Source of the DNA: Lepidodermella squamata | Taxonomy: Eukaryota; Animalia; Gastrotricha | Reading direction: 5' to 3' | Assembly: GCA_047495785.1 (NCBI GenBank) | Contig: JBLDXI010000007.1 | Span: forward strand, 1,612,001-1,676,000 | Length of the DNA: 64,000 bases | Part shown: positions 1-10,970 of the stretch, one piece after another | Numbering within the stretch: position 1 is the stretch's first letter | Layout: each line of letters starts with the position of its first letter | Notes under the pieces: generated by a model | What the model was told of the DNA's origin: nothing | What the model saw: the letters and a program-made list of their open reading frames with translations, nothing else | The model's database searches: none | Position numbers and translations under genes: made by a program

Positions 1-1059
1 AGGAAGTTCGTGAAAGGCCTTTAACCGAACTGGCCATCCCCGGATCACATGATTCCTTCTCCGCAGAGTTGTCTGTCGAAGATGGATTCAGCCCCGATAC
101 CAGCATGGAAGTTTTCGCAGTACAAAAACAGACAAATGCCAGTGATGATAAGTTCCTGTGCAAAATGCGTAAATGGGCAATCACGCAAGAACTCAGCCTT
201 GTCGACCAACTCAATATTGGCATGCGTTATTTTGTCCTGTTCATCGCTCCATTCGGCGAACAATTCCGCTTCGTTCACTACCTGTACGGCCGCGAGGTTT
301 TCGCTGATCTCGAGGCTATGAATACATTCTTGGACGAAAACCCGGATGAAGTCATCATTCTGAACTTCGAACATACCTACGCAATGTCGGCCGAGCAACA
401 TGCAACAGTTTTGAAGAATCTACGTGAAATTTTCGGTGCGAGACTTGCGACTCCTCTTGATTACCCCGAAGGCCCGAGATCGATGACTTTGAACGATTTG
501 AGCATTGCCGATCAGCAGGTCATTGTTATCTATGACGAAGCTTCCGGACCAGCTGCTGATATTGCCTGGGGACGCCGCCACATCTGGAACCCGTGGCCCA
601 ATACCGCGAACAGGACTGTCTTGGAAGGATTCTGGCCTAGGGTTTAGTTCAACTTGGAACCATCTTTAATCATTAACTAGTGTTATTTTTTAGGTCTTGA
701 ACTCCAGAAATATCAATGACACGAATTTCTTCGTTCTTCAAGGCATCATGTCAGCTGGGCCAGCTCAATTCCGCGAGGGAATGACGAAAACAGGTGGGTT
801 CAGGGAACGTGTCGGACTCTGCGCTGCGAGCACCTTTGTTCGCTGGATCCGCCGTAACCAGTTCAAGTCGAGCAATGGCCGTGTCAACATTTTCATGACG
901 AGCTACGCGAATAACTACAACTTTGTCGAAGAAGTTATTGCGTTGAACTATGACGACGTGACCGAGCCTATTGTAGCTATGGAGCCGTCTTTGGAGTTCT
1001 GCTACTACCAGGGCGCGGATCGCGATGAGTGCTCGGACTTCACACCAGCGGAATACTGA
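1..1059 (+). CDS. PI-PLC X domain-containing protein (PLCXD family), 5'-truncated; exons <1-641 and 694-1059
   Basis: The frame from nt 3 reads EVRERPLTELAIPGSHDSF (LxIPGSHDS signature), then WAITQ..DQLNIGMRYF, FVH and PDEVIILNF. A GT(642)..AG(693) 52-bp phase-0 intron joins ORF 69-647 to ORF 697-1059 in frame. Confidence 0.88.
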
Positions 1060-1153
1060 GCTGAATTGTTCACAAAATAACATTTAAAACTTGAAAACTT
1101 GAAAAAACAGTAAATTTTATTGTAAAATCTGGTTGATCAACAATATCATAGCT

Positions 1154-1603
1154 TTATAATAATGGCTGTGGTCTTGGTATCGGAATAAATTTGCCAACCG
1201 GGATCTTCCGTTTGTGAAGTTCATTTACCCTCTCACGGCTGAGATGAAAGCGAGGCGCCGATTTCGACCTTAGGATCGATAAGTCGTCGCCCAGATCTGG
1301 AAGCTGAGGCGATTGCTTTGGTCTAGGGTTTTCTTCAACCCTGATCAATCGGCTTGTCTTGACCCATGGCGAGGAGTGGTGATAGTAGCCGCCGTTGTAG
1401 CCGTAGTTTGAACCGTAAGGTCGATGATGATTGTGATGGTGATGATGGTGGTTGTGGTGGCTGTGGTGATGGCCGTGATGAGCGCGAGGAGGCCGAATGA
1501 GCTGGCTTGATTGATAATGGTGAAAGTGACCTCGTTCACCTTGAGTGCTCATCATTAACCAATCAAAAAGCGCAAAAGAAAATAATAAAATTCGAACAAT
1601 CAT
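1154..1603 (-). CDS. Secreted His-rich, Gly/Tyr-rich small protein (149 aa)
   Basis: ATG at 1603; hydrophobic signal-like N-terminus (MIVRILLFSFALFDWLMMSTQG); HHGHHHSHHNHHHHHHNHH tract and YGSNYGYNGGYY; minus-strand AATAAA at ~1116-1121. Confidence 0.7.
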   Translation of the reverse strand: MIVRILLFSFALFDWLMMSTQGERGHFHHYQSSQLIRPPRAHHGHHHSHHNHHHHHHNHHRPYGSNYGYNGGYYHHSSPWVKTSRLIRVEENPRPKQSPQLPDLGDDLSILRSKSAPRFHLSRERVNELHKRKIPVGKFIPIPRPQPLL

Positions 1604-2964
1604 TTTTAACAATTTCTGGATTTTATCAACTTTGAGCTTTGCGTGCTAAACCATGCGAACGATGACGTGATTTGTTTGCTTGGCGCCATTTGCAATAAAA
1701 TCTAGTTGTGGTAAACATTGCTTTGCTGAAAATGGGGATAACGTTATCTGTAGTTGGACTGATGGAATGGTAGGTTTCACAAATTAGATTAGGTGAAAAA
1801 TTCCAGGAAAATGATTGGCACATTATTGACTGAAATTTCGGTGAATTCTAGAAAAAATAAAAAAAAACCCGTAAGATCAGGTGAACGAGAAAGGTCGTAA
1901 TCCAGCGGCGCCATTATTATGAATAATTAGTTCGACCTGAGCCCTGAACCGCCTTATTAAATTTCGGGAATTCACGATAAATTGAACGAATTCCTAAAAA
2001 AAACCGCCATAAAATGTCCGTAATTATGGTCTATTAGGAAGGCTACAATAAATGGTGGCTTATCCATTTCACAATGCTCATTTCGACCGGCGTACCTAAT
2101 CATGTGTTTTTTACTGTTCAGTACTAAAAATAAGGGGGATAATTATCAGCATGCGCCCTGCTACATGAAGTTTCAAGGCGGCGTTCAAAGATGGTTCAGC
2201 ACTTGGAAATCCTAAAACCTGTTTACCTGGAATCTGGAATGGAGCTTTTTACATTTTCTATTCAACCTGGACAAAAGCCTGGATTTATTTAAGCTTTCTT
2301 TTCATGCAAATATGAATCCACCTGTGTGGGGAGATGCAGGTGCTTGATTTTGGCTTTTATTAGAATTTTAATGGATCGAAGATCACCGATCAATGATTGA
2401 CTCGAATTCGAAAATTCGAAATCGATAGCTTGGGAGTAACAAATTGTTGCGAAACGTTTTGTAGGAAATTCAAGTAATTTTTTTAAATTAAACCCACCGA
2501 GAGAATATTCCAAATTTTATTCGCAATTTACCAGAAGAAATAAAAAATTTACCGGAGAAAACCCGGAAAATCCCGATTGTAACTGGTTCGGTAATTTTCG
2601 GTATTTTACCCGGTTTTGGGCCAAATTTCTCCGGACTTTTTAATCCCGTTAACAAGTGACATACTTGATATCTATTCTCGTGATATTTCGAACGATTTTT
2701 CGTGCATTTTCTTTGCCTGCGTTATTTATGGGACAAGCTGTGCAAGATTCCGCAAAATTAGGAAATTTTATAGTCATTTCAGACTTCGCATTTGCCTTCG
2801 CTTGAAGATCAGTTCAAGTCGGGCTGTCATTATTATGTTATCAAAATGCGCATTTCTATCGTCATTATTTTCTAATCGAAGCTGCAATTATTTCGGCGTA
2901 TAAGAAGGATGAATTGTGGCGAAGTCCTCTCATTAAAAAAAAATCAGATTTTTTCCGAGCAAAA

Positions 2965-4063
2965 ATGTACGGCAAACTTGTCCAAGGCTATGCTAACCCT
3001 GCGTTCGCCCCGCCACATTTGGGACATTCTCATGGCGGCATGTTCCCATCAATGAGCACGAAAAGCTACCCTAACGTTGGCTCATCCGCCTGGTATCAAG
3101 GTGCTACGTCCATGCCGCCGAGTTATAGCGACACAATGGCTCCAACCTACCTGCCGACCTCGCCAACAATGCCCGGAGCCATGGCAACGGCCTGGCCAAG
3201 CGCCTGCCCCTTCATCAGCTCGCCAATCACCGGCGGCATTTCCTCGAATCCAGCCGCAATCGCCGCGCGATCTGAACAAGTCAACCGTGAACTGGCGACC
3301 ATGCGCCAAGTCATGCATGACATCTACGCCGGTTACGAACGCGCCATGACGCCGGCTCAGTTGACGGAAATTCCGATGCGTCCGAAAAACAGCCTGGAGC
3401 TCATGTCGTTGACGTCGCCCATCCGCCCGTTGAACAGCTACTTCCCAACATCGGCCGGGACGAGTCACCTTATGACGCTCTGGCTGTGCTTTGACATGTC
3501 GGGCTTCCGACCAGATGAGATCAACGTCATGTTCAACAGGGCGGAGCGATCGATTACTATCGAGGCTGGGTTCGATACGAAGGACGGCAAAACCTTCCAA
3601 ATTACTAGGCAATTTCGCCGCAAATTCCCTCTTCCCGAAGTGAGTAATAAATATCACTAGGTCAAAATATTAGCACACGATTTCAAAATTATTATAAAAA
3701 ATTATTTCAAAATTTAGATTTTATTTATTAAATTTCAAATTTCAAAATTTAAATTTAAATTTAAATTATTCAAATTTAATTAATTTTAATTAATTTATAT
3801 TTCAATATTGTTATTTTTTCCTATGTGTTTAGGCCTTGAAAAGCATCGACACTTCTAAAATGGAGATAGCTTCCCACATCACTCCGGCTGGTATGCTGGT
3901 TATTGAATCGATCCTACCTCCGATGACTCGTGAAGACCGCCAACGTTACATCGACGCTGTCAAGCATCATGAAACTGGCGGTGGTGATTACATCACAGCT
4001 ACGAGTCCGTTCGGATCTTGGCCGCCGAATATGACTCCGATCACGGTTAACATCGCTGCCTAA
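2965..4063 (+). CDS. Small heat-shock (alpha-crystallin/HSP20 domain) protein with long Pro/Ser/Met-rich N-terminus; exons 2965-3639 and 3833-4063 (301 aa)
   Basis: FDMSGFRPDEINV..ITIEA..ITRQFRRKFPLPE|ALKSID..IASHITPAGMLVIE matches an alpha-crystallin domain; phase-0 intron GTGAGT(3640)..AG(3832). Confidence 0.85.
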
Positions 4064-4508
4064 ATCTTAAGAGAAACCAACTCAAATTTCATGATTACAT
4101 CGAATTTCTTTAACTGAATAACTTTTGCAATATTTGGAGTTTTGATGAGAGTGAATATATCTTCGTTTTAATTTGCTGTAAACTCACATGATTCTATCAG
4201 CAATCAATGTATTCATAATTTTGAATTTTGAATAAACTTCGACTAAGATTTAAATAATTTTCGATGTTTTTAATTTTAATTAGAAAATAGCTAGAGATGG
4301 CACTTCTCATTAGTACACTGAAGCGAAGAGTGATGCACTATCGAATAATTAAAATGAAATTGCGCACTCATCGACTCTATTCCAGACATCACCTAACCTA
4401 CGTACTCAAATCACATAAACAAATCCTCACTTTCGACAAGACAAAATTTGTCGCCTCTGCTGTCAAGGAGTTGTCTCGAACAGTTTCGTCCCAGCGCATA
4501 CCGATCAA

Positions 4509-6827
4509 ATGAAAGTAGCGTTGCTAATTTTACTTTCCTTCATCCCTGCGAAATCAGCAGCTGATAAGCCATTCATTTTGAAAATTCCAATGACAATGCC
4601 ATTAGGAGGTCGAGTCAACCCAATGGGCGCAATGTGTACTGAAGCCGTCAATTTTGTACTCGGAGCAATCAATTCAAATCCGAATTTCCTTCCGAATTAC
4701 AAAATTCAAGTTGATTTGGGCGACGATCAGTGTTCAGCCGCCGATGCAACTATGATGTCACTTCAGATTTACGAAAACATCAAGCCAGTTCTACCAGCAT
4801 CTCAAGTGCTTGGGACATTGACTTTGCCGGCTAATAATTTCAGTGAAGCAAGCGAGGCTTATGTCCCACCGATAATCATCGGAGGACTTTGCACTCCAAC
4901 TTGTTCAGCCACAGCGCGATTGCCGCAGCAGTATGGTTTCATCAATATTCTGATCGGTTGTGCTGAAGTTCGTTTTACGAACCGTAAAGTCTACCCGAAT
5001 TTCTACCGCTTCGTGCCCTCTTTCGCCGAAATCGAGAAATTCCGTGCAAAATTCATGACCTACATGGGCTGGAACAAAATCGGCTTCCTGGCTGATGCGG
5101 TCCAACTCACCCCCGAGGATGCTGTGTACTTTTTTAGGGCGGTCCTCGCAGCTGGGAAGAATCTCGCGGCTGAGGAGTTTTTCGTTGACAACCCAGCCGA
5201 ATCTTTAGCCAGGCTGAAATCAGCCGATGTCCGAGTAATCTGGGGAAACTGCTATTTCAACAACTGCCCTTTAGTTGCTTGCGAAGCTCACAGAATCGGT
5301 CTTTTCGGTCCTAAAATTGTCTGGATGTTCAACACCTGGATTGATTTCACCAATTCTGCTATACCAAATGGATGCAGCAAGAATATTATCCAGGAATTCG
5401 CCGATCTGTCGATATACCTTGGTCAGGATATGAGTGGCGAATTTCGCCCAGCTGATGCGCCAACTGAGGTTGGAATAACGCGAGGTCAATTGTTGTCCCA
5501 TATGAGGTCAAAAATTCCGGGATTCGAGCGCCACAATGCTTACTCTATGCGACTTATATGCGCTGAGGATGTAATTATTGCGGCGTTTGTTCTAAACAGA
5601 ACGGAGGTTCAACTGAACGTTCAAAACGAAACGCTTAAAGATTTAATTTCAAATCCCGATCGAGCTTTGGAGCTGCGAGAGTTGATTCGAAGGAATACGG
5701 AGAATCTCAAAGCTGCCGGACTTCGATACGACATAGGATTTGTCGATAGGCAGTTTGAAGTGATTGGTCCGCCTTTGGTTGTTGAACAAATGAGAAATGG
5801 ACCTCGAGTGACTGCTGTGGTCACAAGAAATCGCAGTGAGGAAAACATGGACAAATATTTCGAGATTTTATCCCCTTTGAAATGGTCCACGTTGGATGGT
5901 AAACCCCCAAGGACAGAACCAGTCGAAATTGTAATACTGAGGCAATCGGATTCTAAGGTTATTACAGCAATGATAGCTTCAACTGCCGTTTGCTTAGCCG
6001 CAGTTTGGACAATTCGATTGATTCGATGGATTCGAAAAGTCGACCATTTCGCCGTGATTAATACGCTGGCTTGTGTTGGCTCTACCCTCAGTTCAGTATC
6101 TGTTTTCACTTACCCTCTGAACGACTCAGTCCTGTCTAATTTGAAAATATTCTGTGGGGCCCTTGGTCCACTGATAACGCTTGGATTTTCCCTATTAATC
6201 GGTTCCTTAATTGTGAAGCTTACCCTGATCAAATTTGACGCTGAAAATAAGTTAAGGAATTATGGGTATTGCTTTCTCATCATGATTCTCATGGCAGATA
6301 CTTGTCTACTGGAAGCTTGGTACTTCGCCGAGTTCACGCCAACTGTGACAACCGTCAGGAAGGTTTGGGACGATGACGCATATGACGCTAATATTGTCGA
6401 GGTGGTCATTCGCTGCTCTTTCACGTCGCAGGATAGACCGGCTTCTTATTCTGGGATCACTCTGATGTGTCTACAGGCTGTTTTGATTCTATTAGCTGTC
6501 ATTCTCGCGGTTATTTCTCTTCGTAAAAATGTCTCGCAGAGGCAGAGTGTTACAAACAGGATAACCAATATATTTGTTCAGGAGTACCAACTACCGCCAA
6601 CTGTGATGTTGCCGAGTGTTCGAAAGGAGCTAACTGCTAAAGGAAATGCGTTCACGGTATTAGGCATGACAGCGATTGTTGTCATCATGGCGTTTGCGTT
6701 ATCAGGTTTTCTGGCCAATCAATTTGCTTTATTCATTGTAGTGGCGGTATATGCGATCGCGACTAATGCGATGGTAATATTCATGTTCCATCGAGAGATG
6801 CGTGCGGCAACTAAGGTTAAAGATTAG
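4509..6827 (+). CDS. GABA-B-like class C GPCR, copy 1 (intronless, 772 aa, tail type A)
   Basis: Signal peptide; Venus flytrap motifs DDQC, GGLCxPTC, NRKxYPNFYR, LKSADVRVI, ACEAHRIGLFGPKIVWMFNTW; W..DGKPP joined directly to 7 hydrophobic helices with no Cys-rich domain. Confidence 0.9.
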   Translation: MKVALLILLSFIPAKSAADKPFILKIPMTMPLGGRVNPMGAMCTEAVNFVLGAINSNPNFLPNYKIQVDLGDDQCSAADATMMSLQIYENIKPVLPASQVLGTLTLPANNFSEASEAYVPPIIIGGLCTPTCSATARLPQQYGFINILIGCAEVRFTNRKVYPNFYRFVPSFAEIEKFRAKFMTYMGWNKIGFLADAVQLTPEDAVYFFRAVLAAGKNLAAEEFFVDNPAESLARLKSADVRVIWGNCYFNNCPLVACEAHRIGLFGPKIVWMFNTWIDFTNSAIPNGCSKNIIQEFADLSIYLGQDMSGEFRPADAPTEVGITRGQLLSHMRSKIPGFERHNAYSMRLICAEDVIIAAFVLNRTEVQLNVQNETLKDLISNPDRALELRELIRRNTENLKAAGLRYDIGFVDRQFEVIGPPLVVEQMRNGPRVTAVVTRNRSEENMDKYFEILSPLKWSTLDGKPPRTEPVEIVILRQSDSKVITAMIASTAVCLAAVWTIRLIRWIRKVDHFAVINTLACVGSTLSSVSVFTYPLNDSVLSNLKIFCGALGPLITLGFSLLIGSLIVKLTLIKFDAENKLRNYGYCFLIMILMADTCLLEAWYFAEFTPTVTTVRKVWDDDAYDANIVEVVIRCSFTSQDRPASYSGITLMCLQAVLILLAVILAVISLRKNVSQRQSVTNRITNIFVQEYQLPPTVMLPSVRKELTAKGNAFTVLGMTAIVVIMAFALSGFLANQFALFIVVAVYAIATNAMVIFMFHREMRAATKVKD

Positions 6828-7076
6828 CTGAAAGACCATTTAAGAGAAATGATCGGGACCAAAGATTACCGCAAACTGAGAATATTGCTCCTTGTATTGA
6901 ATAGTTTCATCTTGCCATGGTATCCAATAAATCAATGAATTTCATTTTTTGCTTTGCTATATACATAGGAAGAAGGAACTTTCCGGCAACTTCCATGATT
7001 GGTAATGGGGCTGCTACTCAAGCCATGAGACGTAGCTAGGACGCCGAAGCTTGAATCCCGCCATACAACGTGACAC

Positions 7077-8690
7077 GTTCTCGCAGCAGGTAGAACGTCG
7101 CTGCTGAGGAGTTTTTAGTTGATAACCAAGCTGAATCTTTAGCCAGGCTGAAGTCCCTAGAATTGTGTGGATGTTCAACACCTGGACAGATTTCGCCAAC
7201 CTTCCCGTATCCGCTGACTGCTCCAGAAAAACTCTACTTGAATTTGCTGAGCTATCGATGTATATTATGGGAGATTTGAGTGGGCAGTTTCGAGCAGCCG
7301 AATCGGGATAACCCGAGGGGAATTCCTAAACAATATGAGGTCTAAAATTTCTGAATTTGAACGGCACAACGCTTCGCTTGATGACTTATCTGCGCTGAGG
7401 ATGTCATTGTTGCGAACTTCGTCCTACATCGAGTTGAGATTCAAATGAACAGTCAAAACAAAACTCTTAAGTATTTGATCACGAATTCAAGCCGAACTTT
7501 GGAGCTTCGTGAGTTGATCCGAAGCAAAACGGAGAGTGCAGGGTTTCTCTTCGATATTGGATTTGTTGATGGGCAGTTTGAAGCCGTTGGCCCTCCTATG
7601 GTTGTTGAACAACTGAGAAATAATGGCTCCCGTTTGACTGCTCACAAGGAATCGGAGTGAAGAAAATATGGACAAATATTTCGAGATTTTATCACCGATA
7701 AAATGGGCCACTCGCGATGGCAAACGCCCAAGAACAGAACTAGTCGATATCATACGATTGTGAAAATCAAACCCTAAGATTATTACATGATAGCATCTGC
7801 TTTCTGCTTTCAGCTTAGCTGCAGTTTGGCTAATTCGATTATTCGTGAGATTACGGAGAATCGAAAAGTTCGCAACTCTCAATATGCGGATTTGTATTGG
7901 TTCGATTTCTGTTTTCACTTTTTACCCTCTAAACGGCTCAATCCCGTCTGATTTGGCGATTTTCTGTACAGCGCTTGGTCCTCTGATCACGATTGGATTT
8001 TCCGTCATAATCGCACTTCTAATCATCTAGCTTTGCCTGATCAAGTTTGATGCTGAAAATAAGTGTAGAAATTACGGATATTGCTTTCTGATCATGATTC
8101 TCTTGGCAGATTCTTGCCTAATTGAAGCTTGATACCTCGGCGAGTTCAAGCCAACTGGTACAACTCTGAGGAAAATTTGGTGCGATGAGGCTGCCGACGC
8201 AAACATCGTTGAGTTGGTCCATCGATGCTCTTTCACATCACAGCTTTCTTTTTCCGCGATCGCTCTGATGTGTATTTTTCTGATGTGTATTTTCGCTCTA
8301 TCAGCTGTTAGCGGTTCTTGCTTGCGGTTCTTATTCTTGCGGTTATTTCTCTTCGCAAAAATGTCTCGCAGAAGCAGAGTGTTACAAACAGGATAATCCA
8401 TCGATTCTTTCAGGATTACCAACACAAAACGTATCTATCTACCATACCAGCAAACTGTGGTGGCGCCGAGTGCGCGAAAGGAACGAAATGCTAAAGGGAA
8501 TGCTGTCACGGTATATGGCTTGACAGCCAAAGTTTTCATCACAACATGTGCGCTATCAGGTTTTGTGGCCAACCAACTTTCGCTATTTATTGCGGTAGCT
8601 GTATGTGCGATCGCGATCTATTGCGATGGTAATCTTCATGCTTCAGCGAGAGATGCTCGCCGCAATCAAGGTTAAAAATCAGCTGAATTA
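7077..8690 (+). pseudogene. GABA-B-like GPCR pseudogene, copy 2 (5'-truncated; its last ~70 bp are displaced to ~9613-9690 by a MITE)
   Basis: Colinear similarity to neighbouring copies, with frameshifts, deletions and in-frame stops. Confidence 0.9.
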
Positions 8691-9612
8691 CCGTCATTTG
8701 GGGCTATTTGGTATGCGTCAAAAAATGACCCCCTGATTTTTTTGCTTTTTTACACGTTTCCAAGGGTCCTGATTCGAATGGCACCCGTATTCCGAATAGC
8801 CCCACGGATGGGGCTATTCGGAAAGGTGTGGGGCTATTATTTACACATATATAGACATCTTAATATTAGTAAATAAGCAAGGACGTGTGGCCGAGTGGTT
8901 TTTTATCACAGTTGTCTATGGCGAGATCATTAAAAGGTCAGCGGTTCGATTCCACAAGGGTTCATTTTTTAGCTTTTTTGCCTAAATTATTTTTTTCTAC
9001 AGCAAAATAACAGCCGTTTTTATGCTAACAAACTTAATTCGCAGTAAATCAATTAATTTTTAATTTTCATTGCCAAATGCATTATCAGCCTTTCCCCGAT
9101 AAAGCTTAATTACATGTTTATCAAGCCTCTTAAATTCAAAGTCCGCGTAATTTACCGAGAAACATACCAACAACCCAGCTCATTAGAATATTCAATCATG
9201 TTAAAAGAATTACCCTTCAACTTCGCTTTTCGATGGGGCTATTCGGTATCAATTAATTTGACAAAAGTATGCATCGGATCGGGGAGTTTCAAATTTTCCA
9301 AAGGTCCTAAGCGTCCGTAGATTCAGAAGAAATTGGTCCAGAGCCTTGCAATGATCTATTCCGGTCCAGGTAATTCAATGCAACACAGGGGTTTTCTTGA
9401 GTTAAACTTACACCTGAAAGGTGAGTCTGCAGCTTCAGAACCGTTTACTCTTTGAACTCATACTTTTGATAGAATAAGTGTCATCTATCGAGGTAGCTCC
9501 CTGCAAAAATTTATCGACTTTGACTTTATAGTTTTTGAGTAAGCTTTATTCTACTAATTGAATAAACTTTTTACCGAATAGCCCCGTATCCCGCGATAGC
9601 CCGGAATGACGG
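8691..9612. mobile_element. Non-autonomous Tc1/mariner-type element (922 bp) with TA target duplication
   Basis: Ends TA|CCGTCATTTGGGGCTAT and ATAGCCCGGAATGACGG|TA; removing it restores the GPCR 3' end seen in paralogs; GGGCTATTCGG motif is repeated internally. Confidence 0.8.
8881..8964 (+). repeat. tRNA-derived Pol III promoter-like segment inside the MITE
   Basis: A box TGGCCGAGTGG (8888-8898) and B box GGTTCGATTCC (8943-8953); stems are degenerate. Confidence 0.55.
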
Positions 9613-10022
9613 TATGATGCGAAGCAGGGAAATGATCGAGAATCGAGAGATCGGGACCAAAGATAACCGCCAACTGAGAATATTGCTCTGAGAATGTATT
9701 TATACTGAGGATACTGCTCCGAGTTTCAGCTTGGCTTTCGGCGGGAATTCTGTAAATTCAGTGTCATTATGCTTGGTCTTGGATTTTAGAAACGCCATTT
9801 TTCAACTCTTTCTTCATCGTCAAAATATATAAGTCCACCAATATTTGCAGGTAGATTATGTGAAAATGTCCCCATCCGATGACATATAATACATGTTAGC
9901 ATCTATAACTGAAATTGACGGTGGTTAGCAATAAATCGATCTTATTGATTTTTTCCAATCAGTGGAGGTTTGAATCCGAAAATGACGCGGTTGTAAGCTT
10001 CTTTTGGTAATACAATATTATC

Positions 10023-10365
10023 GTAGTTAGGATGGGGAGGGGTGATTCCACCGGGGCCAGGAGCGAAGTGACGGTTAGAGCTTGGGGAAGAGCTTACAGA
10101 CATAGTTGGGGCGATTCAACTCCTCCAGACAGCGTGGGACGATTCAAACCCTCCAGACACCGTGGGAACATTTCAACCCCGCTAACTGTGGGGGTGAATT
10201 CAAATTTGAAAGCTATCCCCGGAGGGGCAATTCTTCCCCCAAGCTCTTCCCCCAAGCTCTTCCCCCAAGCTCTTCCCCCAAGCTCTTCCCCCAAGCTCTT
10301 CCCCCAAGCTCTAACCGTCACTTCGCTCCTGGCCCCGGTGGAATCACCCCTCCCCTCATGACTAC
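10023..10365. mobile_element. Fold-back MITE (343 bp) with ~62-bp near-perfect inverted repeats and 7-bp TSD
   Basis: TATTATC at 10016-10022 and 10366-10372; termini GTAGT..ACTAC; 10034-10095 is the reverse complement of ~10293-10355; six tandem 13-mers TCTTCCCCCAAGC at 10232-10309. Confidence 0.85.
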
Positions 10366-10970
10366 TATTATCATGTATGGCAGATTTATGTTAGATAGAT
10401 ACCATGCGGTTGTCAGTTTGAGCGAATTTCGCTTCACTCGGAGCACGGCGGAGAACAAACAACAATGGGAACCGGGACTATTGCTAAGCGCTTAAGCGCG
10501 GCGCACTCAGGCCGCCAGGTTTGGGCTGTCAAATGTCAATTATCAATTGTCGATTGCAGTCATTTCGCTTGGAAATTGCCCTCATCCTTCTTACTGTCTT
10601 ACTGACGTGCCAGGACGATGCGCTTCGTTCCAACTAATTGCCTCTTGTCGAATTAGGCCCAATTATGGTTTGTTGAGTCACTCAGCTATGCGAATCAAGC
10701 CGAAACATTAAAATGACGTGTTGATCGTTACACATTCCATGTGAGGTCTATATGGCTTCATTTTTTTAGGCTAATTATTTAATTAGCCGATAATATATAA
10801 TAATAATATATTATATAGTACGTCAATTCACAGCAGTTCCTCAACTTTTGACATACCCACGACGAGCAGCATGTCAAAGCTGATATGTGGTGATTGATCG
10901 CTAGGGTAATTAAGCTTTCTTGAGGAAAAGTGCCCACCTGATATTGCCTTCTACAAGCTTTTACAGAGAA

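Noticed and set aside
2540-2640. CCGG-rich quasi-palindrome upstream of the sHSP gene
   Set aside because: Pairing is too imperfect and no TSD could be defined.
8881-8964. Functional tRNA gene
   Set aside because: The acceptor and anticodon stems do not pair; only the promoter boxes remain.
10105-10309. CRISPR-like array, and the Pro/Ser-rich ORFs at 10032-10495
   Set aside because: The repeats are contiguous with no unique spacers, lie inside a MITE, and have no cas genes nearby; the ORFs are by-products of the repeat.
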